NCBI RefSeq assembly: GCF_965279485.1 | Contig: NZ_CBDIIC010000001.1 | Coordinates: 1,512,016 to 1,576,015, forward strand | Source: Lacipirellula sp. | GTDB taxonomy: Bacteria; Planctomycetota; Planctomycetia; Pirellulales; Lacipirellulaceae | Length of the DNA: 64,000 nt | Direction: 5' to 3' | The notes under the pieces: model-generated | Database searches by the model: none | What the model was told of the DNA's origin: nothing | What the model saw: the letters and a program-made list of their open reading frames with translations, nothing else | Shown here: piece by piece, positions 1-9,199 of the stretch | Numbering within the stretch: position 1 is the stretch's first letter | Layout of the letters: every line of letters begins with the position of its first letter | Translations under genes and position numbers: made by a program

Positions 1-477
1 GATCTGCCGCTTGAGCGCCCGCAAGTAGGTCCGCCGCACATGGCGGAGAGATTCGGGGCCCGTTTGACGGATACTGTTGTACTTGGTCTTCTCGGCTTCG
101 ATGCTCGCAGCGCCCTTTGGTTTGATGCGCGGCAGTTCAAGTTCGTTCCCGAGCATTTCAGCGAGTTCGTCGAGCGAGACCTCGACTTCCAGGTAGTGCC
201 CGCCCCCGGGATCGCTGCCGGCGCCTCCTGCCCCGTCGGGCCCTTGCCCTGGTTTGCCGAGGACGTCGCCGACTTCCCCGTCCCCTTGCCCGACGCCGCC
301 GGAGCCGTTCTTACCGAACTTGAACCGCGGAACGTCGAGCTGTGGGACCGGAATGCTGACGAGATCGCGACCCTTGCGGCCGATCATCTCGCCGTGAGTG
401 ATGTACTTGCGCAGATTGTCGCGGATCCGGCCGCGAACGATCTGCTTGAATCGGCGTTGGTCGCGTTCGATGTCCAT
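1..477 (-). CDS. yeaH: YeaH/YhbH (DUF444) family protein, 5' part (runs off window start)
   Basis: Manual translation from ATG at 477: [55 protein letters not shown]...GGVGQGDG...[28 protein letters not shown]. This is the typical DUF444 N-terminus, directly downstream of prkA. Absent from the ORF track because no stop lies in the window. Confidence 0.88.
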   Translation of the reverse strand, partial: MDIERDQRRFKQIVRGRIRDNLRKYITHGEMIGRKGRDLVSIPVPQLDVPRFKFGKNGSGGVGQGDGEVGDVLGKPGQGPDGAGGAGSDPGGGHYLEVEVSLDELAEMLGNELELPRIKPKGAASIEAEKTKYNSIRQTGPESLRHVRRTYLRALKRQI

Positions 478-486
478 GCGTGGGGA

Positions 487-587
487 AGCGGTCAGCGATC
501 AGCTTTCAGCAGTCAGCCAGAAGGGAGTGGGGATCCGAGGGGGCTCTCCTCCTTTGGCTGACAGCTGATCGCTGACAGCTGACCGCT
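487..587. repeat. Inverted pair of heptamer (NNTCAGC)x4 tandem arrays forming a hairpin between prkA and yeaH
   Basis: Arm 487-519 agcggtcagcgatcagctttcagcagtcagcca; arm 555-587 is its near reverse complement. Confidence 0.85.
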
Positions 588-590
588 CTC

Positions 591-2645
591 TTACTTCTCC
601 TTCGCATCGCCGCGGGCGAAGATGCTCGCGACGTAGTTCAGCACGTCGGTGGCGCTTTCGTCGTCGTAGCCGAGGTCGCGGATGAGGCGGCCCTTCACCA
701 CGTCGATTTTTTGCTGCGTTTCGGCGTCTACGACGTTCGAGACGAGGCTGGTTAGCTTGATTGAATCCTTTTGATCCTCGAATAGCTTCAGCTCGAGCGC
801 CTTGTTCAGGCGCTCGTTCGTCTTGTAGTCGAACTTCTTGCCGTCGATCGACAACGCGCCGATGTAGTTCATGATCTCCCGGCGGAAGTCATCCTTGCGG
901 CTCTCCGGGATGTCGATTTTATCTTCGATCGACCGCATCAGGCGTTCATCCGGTTCCTCGTACTGACCGGTGAAGGCGTTGCGGACCTTCTCACGTTGGG
1001 TGTACGCCTTGATGTTGTCGATGTAGTTGCCGCAGAGTCGCGACAGCGCCGCTTCGTCGGCGGCGATGGCGCGTTGCACTTCGTTCTTGACGATGTTCGT
1101 ATACTCTTCCTTCACCACGCCGAGGAGTTCGCGAAACTGGTGCTTCGTTTCCTCGTGCGTGATGAGGCTGTGATGCTTGAGCCCGGCCTCCAGTTCATTG
1201 AGCACCATGAACGGGTTGATGGACCGGGCCTCTGGATGGGCGACAAGCGCGTTGGAGAGCTTGTCTTGAACGTACCGAGGCGAAATGCCGATGAGGCCCT
1301 CGTTGGTCGCTTGATCGCGTAGTTCGGCGATGTTCTCCTCGGTGAATCCGGGGAGCGACTTGCCGTTGTAAAGCTTTAGCTTCTGCAGCCGCGACAGGCC
1401 GGCGTGCTTCGGCTCTTCGAGCCGCGTGAGGATCGCCCACATCGCCGCCATTTCGATCGTGTGCGGCGCGATATGTTTGTTCGGCACGGTGCGGGGGTTG
1501 TAGTCCTTCTCGTAAATCTTGATCTCGTTCGCCAGCGTCGTGACGTACGGGATGTCGATCTTCACCGTCCGGTCGCGAAGGGCCTCCATGAACTCGTTGT
1601 TCTGCAGCCGGCGATACTCCGGCTCGTTCGTGTGACCGATGATCACCTCGTCGATGTCGGTCTGCGCGAACTTCTTCGGCTTGATGCGATGCTCCTGGCT
1701 GGCGCCAAGCAGATCGTAAAGGAACGCGACGTCGAGCTTCAACACTTCGACGAACTCGATGATACCGCGGTTGGCGATGTTGAATTCGCCGTCGAAGTTG
1801 AACGCCCGCGGATCGCTGTCGCTGCCATAGACGGCGATTTTTCGGTAGTTGATGTCGCCGGTCAGTTCTGTGGCGTCCTGGTTCTTTTCGTCCTTCGGCT
1901 GGAACGTGCCGATACCGATGCGGTCTTTCTCGCTAAGAATCAACCGCTTGATGCGAACGTCTTGCACGACCCGCGTCCAGTCGCCGTCGTACTTCTTCAG
2001 CCGGTGCTGGTACATGAAGCGGCAGAACGGGTCGAGTTCGCCGCGGATGCGTACCTTGAGGTCATCTTCGCCGCGGCCCGCATTCAGTTTGGCCGCCACA
2101 TCGTCGCGGAAACGCTCCGGAATGAGGTGGAGCGGCTCCTCGTTCATTGGGCACCAATGAACCTCTTCCGGATCTTCCTCGTCGACCCAGCCGAGCGTGT
2201 AGAGGGCGCCGGCGTCGGTCGCCGAGTAGCGTTCGAGGCCTTGCTTCAATAGGCGGACAATCGTGCTCTTGCTGCTGCCGACGGGACCGTGCAGTAGCAA
2301 TACGCGCTTTTCGATGCCGTACTCGTGGGCAGCGCTCTTCAGCGCGTTGACCAAATCATGGAGCGGTCCGCGTAGTCCGTAAACGGCGTCGTGGCCGTTG
2401 TGATCGGGGTCGTCGAAGAAGCGATAGCTGTACTCCTTCTCTCGATTCCGATCGCTCACATCGACGCCGTACGACAAGATCATGTCGTAAAGCCGCTGGT
2501 ACGCGGTCCGCGTTACCTCGGGGTGCTCGCGAACGATGTCGAGATATTCCTCGAAGGTTCCGACCCAATTCTTGCGGCGGAACTGATCGCGATCCTGTCG
2601 CTCAGAAACGAGCGAAATAATTTCGCTGCCTTTGGTCATTGCCAT
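591..2645 (-). CDS. prkA: PrkA/YeaG family serine protein kinase (AAA+)
   Basis: Walker [39 protein letters not shown] motifs; upstream of a DUF444 gene. Confidence 0.94.
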   Translation of the reverse strand: MAMTKGSEIISLVSERQDRDQFRRKNWVGTFEEYLDIVREHPEVTRTAYQRLYDMILSYGVDVSDRNREKEYSYRFFDDPDHNGHDAVYGLRGPLHDLVNALKSAAHEYGIEKRVLLLHGPVGSSKSTIVRLLKQGLERYSATDAGALYTLGWVDEEDPEEVHWCPMNEEPLHLIPERFRDDVAAKLNAGRGEDDLKVRIRGELDPFCRFMYQHRLKKYDGDWTRVVQDVRIKRLILSEKDRIGIGTFQPKDEKNQDATELTGDINYRKIAVYGSDSDPRAFNFDGEFNIANRGIIEFVEVLKLDVAFLYDLLGASQEHRIKPKKFAQTDIDEVIIGHTNEPEYRRLQNNEFMEALRDRTVKIDIPYVTTLANEIKIYEKDYNPRTVPNKHIAPHTIEMAAMWAILTRLEEPKHAGLSRLQKLKLYNGKSLPGFTEENIAELRDQATNEGLIGISPRYVQDKLSNALVAHPEARSINPFMVLNELEAGLKHHSLITHEETKHQFRELLGVVKEEYTNIVKNEVQRAIAADEAALSRLCGNYIDNIKAYTQREKVRNAFTGQYEEPDERLMRSIEDKIDIPESRKDDFRREIMNYIGALSIDGKKFDYKTNERLNKALELKLFEDQKDSIKLTSLVSNVVDAETQQKIDVVKGRLIRDLGYDDESATDVLNYVASIFARGDAKEK

Positions 2646-3631
2646 GCTCCCTGCCGACGGCGACGACTCGATCGTCTAATGGCGGGCGTGTGCGAGTCGT
2701 GCTGGCGGCGCGATGTCCTGGAACGTTGTGTAGACCCAGATGATGTAATAAAGGACGCAGCCCGATGGCTGCGGGTGATGCGGGCGCGGGGAAGTTTTCA
2801 ATGAGTTCCGGGAAGAACTCTCGCGGCAGGGGATGCCGTCTGAACGATCGCCCAAGATCTCGACCCTCGGACAACGTTCTGCTCTCGCAGCAATGCGCGC
2901 ACGCGAATTCGCTTTCAGTCGCAAACGGAAATGGCGTCGCCAGAGTGGCTAACGCTCGTGCCCGAGATGCCTGCGTTGCACGCTACTAGAGCGGAGGTTG
3001 GCAAAGAGCAGCGGACCTTCGTCGCCGGCGCCATACTAGGGCGTCGGCAAACTAGCGGGAAAAACCCGCAGGTCGAATCGCTCCAAAGAACTCTTCTCTC
3101 TCATTAAGTATCAGCACAAAAGTTCAGCATGGCAACATCGATGTGGCGGAATCCGCCGGCGTGTTACCGCAGGAGTGCGTTACAACAGCGCGAGCGCTGT
3201 TCGCACCGCAGTAAATGCCGGCAGATTGCCTATTTCCTGCAGCGGGTGCGTATTCCGTGACCAACGAAGGGGACGCAGCTGCGGCAGAAAGCATAGAAGT
3301 AGACACTCCAATTCCCGCAGAATTTGGCGAGGTTGCAGCGACCGGCGAAGCTGCCAAAACCAGGAAGATTGATTACCGCCGCTCGCCCCAGCCGCCTGCT
3401 AGCTAGCCCGCCGGCAATTTCGAGAACTTTTTCCGATTGTGATGACTTTGCCGAAAGTTGGGGCGAAGACCGGCCGATACCACTCTTACGCGTTGATTCC
3501 CGGGGGGGCTCCCGAGACGCGGTCTACCTATTTGCACAGCAAATTTCGCCTCACACGCGAAGCTGGGAAGGTTGGGCCGAGTCGAGAACCAAGGCGGCGG
3601 CGGCTTCGGCCACCCCCGCGGGATTCGATTC

Positions 3632-5164
3632 ATGAAATTCCCCCGCTTGAGCTACAACCGAGTCGCCCGGGTCCTGCTCTTCACCGCTCCCCTGTGGATG
3701 TCGCCTATCACCGGCGCGGCCCATGGAGTGGAATTCCGCAAGCCAGGCAGCTCGTCTGCCCCGGCTGCGAATAGCTCGCTCCAGTTCCGCAGCGCCTCGG
3801 CGCCGGCTGAGAGCGCCGCTGAACCGGCGCCGGTTAAGGCCAAAGCAGCGCCAGCGGCCGTGGCTCCTGCCGCCGCGCCAACCATTCAGCAGGTTGCCAA
3901 GCCGCTCGCGAGCGCTGCTCGCCCGTTGCCGGCGCCTGCCGTCGCGCAAGCTCCGGCCAGAACGACCGCTCGCCCGGCATTCACTCAACCCGAATCGAAC
4001 GGCGTTGAAACCGCGGCCTACACCACGGTCGACCGTTCACGGATGCGGAACTTCGCAGCGCTCGACTACGACGAATCACTACTTGGCCCGCCGATCCACC
4101 ACCAACGTGAGTCGTTCACCGCGCCGGCCGGCTATTGCGCCGACTGCAACAGCGATCCCGGCTGCGGCCTGCAAGAAGCGACTTGCGGTTGCGGCGAAGC
4201 GACCTGCGGCATTTGCGAACCAGGGTGCGGCGCCGTTGAACCTGGCTGCGGCACGATCGAAGCGAACTGCGGAGCCATCGAAGCTGGTTGCGGGCTCGAA
4301 CCAGGCTGCGGGATGCAAGAGTGCGTCGACTGCGGCAGCGGCGTGAACCGCGGCTCCGATTACTGGTGCTTCCCGGTCTGCTTGCCGCGTTTCCGCGACT
4401 TGTCGGTCTGGGCCGGCGTCCACGGGTTCAAAGGCCCGCGTGATTCGCCGCTGTTCGGCGGATCGGGCGACGGCAACTTCGGCTTTCAGGAAGGCATTAA
4501 CATCGGCGGCAAGGCCCCGCTCATCGGCCTGCTGTTCCCTGAACTCAGCTACCAACTCGGCTACCAAGCCGTGCAAAGCCATCTCTCCGGCACCACCGGC
4601 GGCGTTACCGATGATCGGGCCCAGGACTTCGTGACGATTGGGTTCTTCCGTCGCGTGCCGGCTGGTCTGCAATTCGGCGCCGCGTGGGACTACATGGCCG
4701 ACGACTGGCTCGTCGACGCTAACTTTCAACAGATCCGCTACGAGATCAGCTTGAAGACGCAGCGTGGTCGTGAGTTCGGCTTCCTTGGCTCAACCCACAC
4801 GAACAGCAGCACGATCGGCGAGATCAATTTCCAGGCAGTCGATCAGTATCGCTTCTTCTTCCGCAACAATTTCAAAGCGGGCGATATGCGGTTCTGGGTC
4901 GGCTTCTCGAACGACAACGAAACAATCTTCGGCGGCGACTTTTACGTCCCGTTCAGCGATCGCTGGTCGCTGCAGACTGGGTTCAACTACCTGATTCCGA
5001 GCGGCGACGCCGGCCTCATCGGCGCCACGGAAGAAGCTTGGAACATTGGCATGAACCTGGTCTGGCACTTCGGCGGAGCGGCTCAGAACACGCGCAACAA
5101 CCCGCACCGGCCAATGTTCAACATGGCTGACAACGGCTCGATGTTTATCGATCAGTCGCCGTAA
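3632..5164 (+). CDS. Secreted planctomycete protein with Cys-Gly heptad repeats and a probable outer-membrane beta-barrel (DUF6666-like)
   Basis: Signal-like N-terminus from ATG 3632, Ala/Pro linker, E[AP]xCGxx repeats, then alternating aromatic strands (WAGVHGFKGPRD...GNFGFQEG...WNIGMNLVWHF). Confidence 0.65.
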   Translation: MKFPRLSYNRVARVLLFTAPLWMSPITGAAHGVEFRKPGSSSAPAANSSLQFRSASAPAESAAEPAPVKAKAAPAAVAPAAAPTIQQVAKPLASAARPLPAPAVAQAPARTTARPAFTQPESNGVETAAYTTVDRSRMRNFAALDYDESLLGPPIHHQRESFTAPAGYCADCNSDPGCGLQEATCGCGEATCGICEPGCGAVEPGCGTIEANCGAIEAGCGLEPGCGMQECVDCGSGVNRGSDYWCFPVCLPRFRDLSVWAGVHGFKGPRDSPLFGGSGDGNFGFQEGINIGGKAPLIGLLFPELSYQLGYQAVQSHLSGTTGGVTDDRAQDFVTIGFFRRVPAGLQFGAAWDYMADDWLVDANFQQIRYEISLKTQRGREFGFLGSTHTNSSTIGEINFQAVDQYRFFFRNNFKAGDMRFWVGFSNDNETIFGGDFYVPFSDRWSLQTGFNYLIPSGDAGLIGATEEAWNIGMNLVWHFGGAAQNTRNNPHRPMFNMADNGSMFIDQSP

Positions 5165-5345
5165 GCCGAGCGAATCCCCCACTCGGGGAATGCGGTCCGC
5201 CGCGTTCCCCGAGTGGAGCTCTCAGTTGACGCTGCTGATAGCTGGAACGGTGCATAGAATGCTCTCCGGTTGGCGTTCCAAACGCCTCGAAAGCTTCGTC
5301 GTGAGCTTCGCTCACTTCGCGAAACTACCAAGCCCTAAAGAAATC

Positions 5346-5612
5346 ATGCAGCAGATCGAATCACACTGGCATGACAGCGAAAATTATCGCCGAGTCGATT
5401 ACTCGGCTCGTTACACGCGGCACCGCAGCGGCGTCGAGGTCACGCTCCTGAAGCCGAAGCAGGTAACGTTCTTCTGCCCTGCTACCAAGGCGGAGTTACG
5501 GACGATTGGCGTTCGCACGGAACGAGGGTGCGAACTGCTCGTCGACCAACTCCACGCCAGCGGGCATCTCCGCGACTTGGAGCTGCGAATCGAACTCGGC
5601 TTGGCCGTGTAA
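5346..5612 (+). CDS. Small hypothetical protein (~88 aa)
   Basis: Coding-like composition from ATG 5346 within ORF 5190-5612; ends just before an inverted repeat. Confidence 0.55.
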   Translation: MQQIESHWHDSENYRRVDYSARYTRHRSGVEVTLLKPKQVTFFCPATKAELRTIGVRTERGCELLVDQLHASGHLRDLELRIELGLAV

Positions 5613-5699
5613 CGTGGAAGCCACCGGCTCCGCCGGTGGACGCAGCAAGCAGGGGCCAACAGGCAGTTCGTCCACCGGCGGAGCCGGTGGCTTCCACGT
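5612..5699. repeat. REP-like element with a perfect 31-bp inverted repeat
   Basis: acgtggaagccaccggctccgccggtggacg (5612-5642) and exact reverse complement (5669-5699); each arm is itself palindromic; lies between convergent genes. Confidence 0.9.
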
Positions 5700-5701
5700 G
5701 T

Positions 5702-6898
5702 CTACTTTGGTAGTGGATCGGCCGGCGCCGCGGGGGTTGGAACCTCCTGCCCGAAAGGGACGCGCGGGATCGGCGCCAGTCGCGGAGCTGGTCCGAACAA
5801 CCCTTGCTCCGCAGGAGTCGCATCAGGAATCGCACGCCCGGCGCCGGCGTCGTCGCCCCAGCGATCGAAGGTGACCTTTGCTTCGCGCGTTTCTCCCCCG
5901 CGAAGAAATTTGATCGTCACGGTGTCGCCTGGGAGCCGATTGGAAATCTCGGTCGTCAGCTCGTCGAACTCGGTGATTGGCTTCCCCTCAAACTCAGTAA
6001 TCTTGTCGCCCACCATCAGTCCCGCCTTCGCTGCGGGGCTGTTCGCGACAATCTCCTGAGAATCGAGACCGCGGATGCCGAGGCGCGCGCCTCCCTTACG
6101 GATGTCGATGATCGTCGTCGGCAGTTTCTCGCGCGCCTTGTCGACGAGTTCCGGCGTAAACTTCTGGCCGAAAAACTCCATCCGCTTCACGTTGGTCAGT
6201 TTCTCAAGCTCCGGCACCGCTTCATCGCCGAGCGGCGCTCCGTGCAGGCTAAGCGTCGTCGCATTGCGAATCGCGGCGATGTGCGTGAGCCCGCCTGTCC
6301 CTCCCTTCCAGTCTTTGTTGACCGTAATTTGCAGCGGCGTGCCGAAGCCGCCCAGCATCCCGAAGGTGCGGTCCATCTCGACATAGCCGCCCAGTTCCTT
6401 GACCGCGGCGATCGCCGCCGCCTCGCGCACGTCGGCAAGCCGACGTTGGGCTTCAGAGGCTTCCAAGGGACGATTGGCGAGCGTGGAGAGTTTTTCGAGC
6501 GAGGCGATCGCCAACGACTGCTCGGGGGAGTTTGCCCACGTCCACAAGATGCTGATCGATCGCGTGGCTGCTTCTAGGCTCCCATCAGCCGCCGTTTGTG
6601 CAGTCAATTCAAGCGCGGGCGCCCCGATCGCGATCAATTCACGCTGCGCGGCTTGGCGCGTGGCGTATCGATCGCCATCGAGCTCTTTGACCGCCGCCAA
6701 AACTTCTGGCGGGGCTAGCTCAGGCGATGCGACGCTCGGCTCAACCGCTGGTCCAGCCTTCTCCGCAGCAGCGTGCTCGTCATCTGGCGTCTGTGCCAGG
6801 GAAACTGGCAAGGTCATTGTCCCAACCAGCAAACCGCTCGCGAGTAGACGGGCTAGCCGGAACGCCCGCAGCAAGGATTGGAGATTGAATCCCTTCAT
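5702..6898 (-). CDS. Secreted PDZ-domain protein (HEAT/LRR-like N-terminal part)
   Basis: Signal peptide, L..ERYATRQAAQREL helical motif, C-terminal PDZ (RLGIRG...VANSPAAKAGLMVGDKITEFEG). Start could be 6913. Confidence 0.75.
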   Translation of the reverse strand: MKGFNLQSLLRAFRLARLLASGLLVGTMTLPVSLAQTPDDEHAAAEKAGPAVEPSVASPELAPPEVLAAVKELDGDRYATRQAAQRELIAIGAPALELTAQTAADGSLEAATRSISILWTWANSPEQSLAIASLEKLSTLANRPLEASEAQRRLADVREAAAIAAVKELGGYVEMDRTFGMLGGFGTPLQITVNKDWKGGTGGLTHIAAIRNATTLSLHGAPLGDEAVPELEKLTNVKRMEFFGQKFTPELVDKAREKLPTTIIDIRKGGARLGIRGLDSQEIVANSPAAKAGLMVGDKITEFEGKPITEFDELTTEISNRLPGDTVTIKFLRGGETREAKVTFDRWGDDAGAGRAIPDATPAEQGLFGPAPRLAPIPRVPFGQEVPTPAAPADPLPK

Positions 6899-7058
6899 AT
6901 GGTCGTCGTCCATTGCCGGTGACGCACGCGCAAGTGCGAACTGAGTGCTGAGCTGGTCCGCCCCGGCGAAGCGCGCGGCGAACGAGGTATTGTAGCACGG
7001 AGTGAACTTCTACCAGCCCTAGTTGTTGCGGCGCAGGCGGTAGATTAGGCTGCCCAGC

Positions 7059-8189
7059 ATGAAATTTGCCCTGCTCGGCGCCGATGCACAAAGCCTACCG
7101 CTGCTGGCGGCGGCGCTCGCGGCAGGGCACGAAATGGCCTGGGCTGGCGATCTGTCCCTCGCCCCCGACGACGACGTTGTCTGGCCCGGCGGCGCCGATC
7201 AAGGCGACGAGTGGGAAGACCTGCTCGTCGCGGAAACCGCCGATGCGATCATCGTCGGCCGCGGCGCTGCCGCCGACGACCTGCGAACTCGACAAGTGCA
7301 GGAATTCGCTCGCCTCGGTCGGCCGATGCTGACGACCTTCCCCCTCTTTCCGTCGGTGCTGACATACTTCGAAATCGACATGTCGCGCACCGAAGGGAAC
7401 GGCGTGCTCCATTACTACAATCCACTGCGTGACTCTTCGTCGCTGGCCGGCGTCGAACAGTGGGTCGTCGCGGGGCATCCCCGTTTCGGTCGCGTCGAGC
7501 AAATCGTCGCGACCCGCGCGCTCAGCAACCGCTCGCGCGACAATGTCCTCCACCACTTCGCCTGTGACGTCGATTTACTCGCGTTCGTCGGCGGAAAATT
7601 GAATCGCATCGGCGCCCATGCCTCCACGGGGGCAGAGGCCGACTACTCTGCGCTGAGCGTCCAGCTTCTCGGCGCCACGGAACTCCCCGTGCGCTGGGGC
7701 GTTGAACCGCCGGCCGAGGCCGAGGGGCTCACGCTCCATTTCATCGGCGAGCGCGGCCGCGAGTCGTTTTGGTTCGACGCCGCAGGCCTCGTCGCCGAAC
7801 CGGCGAGCGCTCCCGCCCGCCGCGCGGTGGACCGCTTCACCGCGGCCATCGCGGCAGAGGCCGTCGATGCGAGCTGGCAGCAAGCGCTGCGGGCGATGGA
7901 ACTCACTGACTCGATCGAGATCAGCCTCCGCCGCGGTCGCATGATCGACGTCCACGATCAACAGCTGACCGAGCAGTTGGCGTTCAAAGGGACGATGGCG
8001 GCGCTCGGATGCGGGCTGCTCCTGCTGTTAGTCCCCGGCTTGCTTGTCGCCGGATGGCTGGGAGGCGCCGTCGGGTTTCCGTTGGCCGAATACTGGCCTC
8101 ATCTGCTGCTGACGATTTTAGCGATCTTCTTAGGCCTGCAATTTCTGCCGAAGCTGCTCTACAAGTCGCCCCCTAGCGATAGCAAGTAG
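7059..8189 (+). CDS. Degenerate Gfo/Idh/MocA-like oxidoreductase-fold protein with two C-terminal TM helices
   Basis: MKFALLG Rossmann-like start, HHFACDVDLL, C-terminal hydrophobic segments. Confidence 0.6.
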   Translation: MKFALLGADAQSLPLLAAALAAGHEMAWAGDLSLAPDDDVVWPGGADQGDEWEDLLVAETADAIIVGRGAAADDLRTRQVQEFARLGRPMLTTFPLFPSVLTYFEIDMSRTEGNGVLHYYNPLRDSSSLAGVEQWVVAGHPRFGRVEQIVATRALSNRSRDNVLHHFACDVDLLAFVGGKLNRIGAHASTGAEADYSALSVQLLGATELPVRWGVEPPAEAEGLTLHFIGERGRESFWFDAAGLVAEPASAPARRAVDRFTAAIAAEAVDASWQQALRAMELTDSIEISLRRGRMIDVHDQQLTEQLAFKGTMAALGCGLLLLLVPGLLVAGWLGGAVGFPLAEYWPHLLLTILAIFLGLQFLPKLLYKSPPSDSK

Positions 8190-8312
8190 GCCGCGGCCCG
8201 CATGCCTCGTCTGGGCTTGCGCGGCTGCTTGCACGAAGTTTGCCGATTGTGCGGAAGTTCCCGCCTCCGTTGGTCGATCTTGAAGGTGAGGAACCGGGGG
8301 GGATCTCGCGCT

Positions 8313-8795
8313 ATGTCGTCGTTCAATCTACCGCTGCGCCGCTTGCTAGCGTGCCTGCTGCTTCTCGCAGCGAGCGGCTGCACGGCTGCACGGAATAGCA
8401 ACTGCAACTGCGGCGAATGCAACGGCTGCCCGCCGATTCGCATGGCCGCAGCTGCTTACCACGGCGAACTTGCTGACGACGTCATCTGCTGCTCGCGCTG
8501 CTTCGGCGAGGGCTGTGCGGTCTGCGATCGCATGGTGCGTCCCGTGACATGCGGGCCTGAATGCAATCAATGTCGCACCTGTCCGATTCTGCCGTTCGGC
8601 ATCGGCGACAAACTCTGCGAAAAGCCAGTTCCCGGCCCGCCGCCGGCTACCTTCCGCCCGCCGATGCCGCCAAAATTTCTGCCCGTGCCGACGCAAGACG
8701 TCCTCTCGCCCGCACGGCCCGACGCTCCGGAACCGCAGCGCGGCAACGTCGACATGGGTTGGCGTCCGCAGATGACGGTATCGGGGCACGACTAA
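8313..8795 (+). CDS. Cys-rich putative lipoprotein
   Basis: Lipobox LLLLAASGC after RRLL; many CxxC/CxC motifs; Pro-rich C-terminus. Confidence 0.65.
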   Translation: MSSFNLPLRRLLACLLLLAASGCTAARNSNCNCGECNGCPPIRMAAAAYHGELADDVICCSRCFGEGCAVCDRMVRPVTCGPECNQCRTCPILPFGIGDKLCEKPVPGPPPATFRPPMPPKFLPVPTQDVLSPARPDAPEPQRGNVDMGWRPQMTVSGHD

Positions 8796-8828
8796 CACTC
8801 CAGGCGATCGCTGAATCAAACCACCTTG

Positions 8829-8869
8829 CACGCGGCCCTCGAGAAATTTCGAGGGCCGCGTGTCTTTTG
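8829..8869 (+). terminator. Intrinsic terminator
   Basis: 14-bp stem cacgcggccctcga/tcgagggccgcgtg followed by tcttttgtt. Confidence 0.75.
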
Positions 8870-8894
8870 TTAGTCAAGAAATTGAACACCGCAC

Positions 8895-8967
8895 CGTCAT
8901 CCTGAGCAGAGCGCAGGACCTCACTCGCTAACCAAGCTTCTAGATTCTTCGCTCCGCTCAGAATGAC
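8895..8967. repeat. CGTC-tagged REP-like palindromic element
   Basis: cgtcatcctgagc...agattcttcgctccgctcagaatgac: ends gtcatcctgagc/gctcagaatgac are near-complementary; resembles a widespread bacterial repeat. Confidence 0.75.
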
Positions 8968-9199
8968 ATTCGTGTCGGTATGACAGGGAAGCAATCCACT
9001 CATGTCGCACCGTGCGACAACCCGCTAGCGAACGTGACAAACTAGGTGGAGTGTACCGGTCCCGGTTGTGCCGTTTAAGCGTGTCGTAGGGGTACGCCGA
9101 TCATCGATGTGTCAGCCGGCTCTGCCGGATACTCGTTCCGCGTCTACCGACCGCTGCCCCAGACAGCGCCGGCAGGCTTTCCACATTGGACGACCCGCG

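Noticed and set aside
40-561. 173-aa plus-strand ORF
   Set aside because: Antisense shadow of the yeaH-like gene found by manual translation of the minus strand.
2650-3630. Sigma-54 promoter for prkA (and TGGCAC-like hits near 38221 and 38428)
   Set aside because: No candidate had both GG and GC at the required 10-nt spacing with good flanks.
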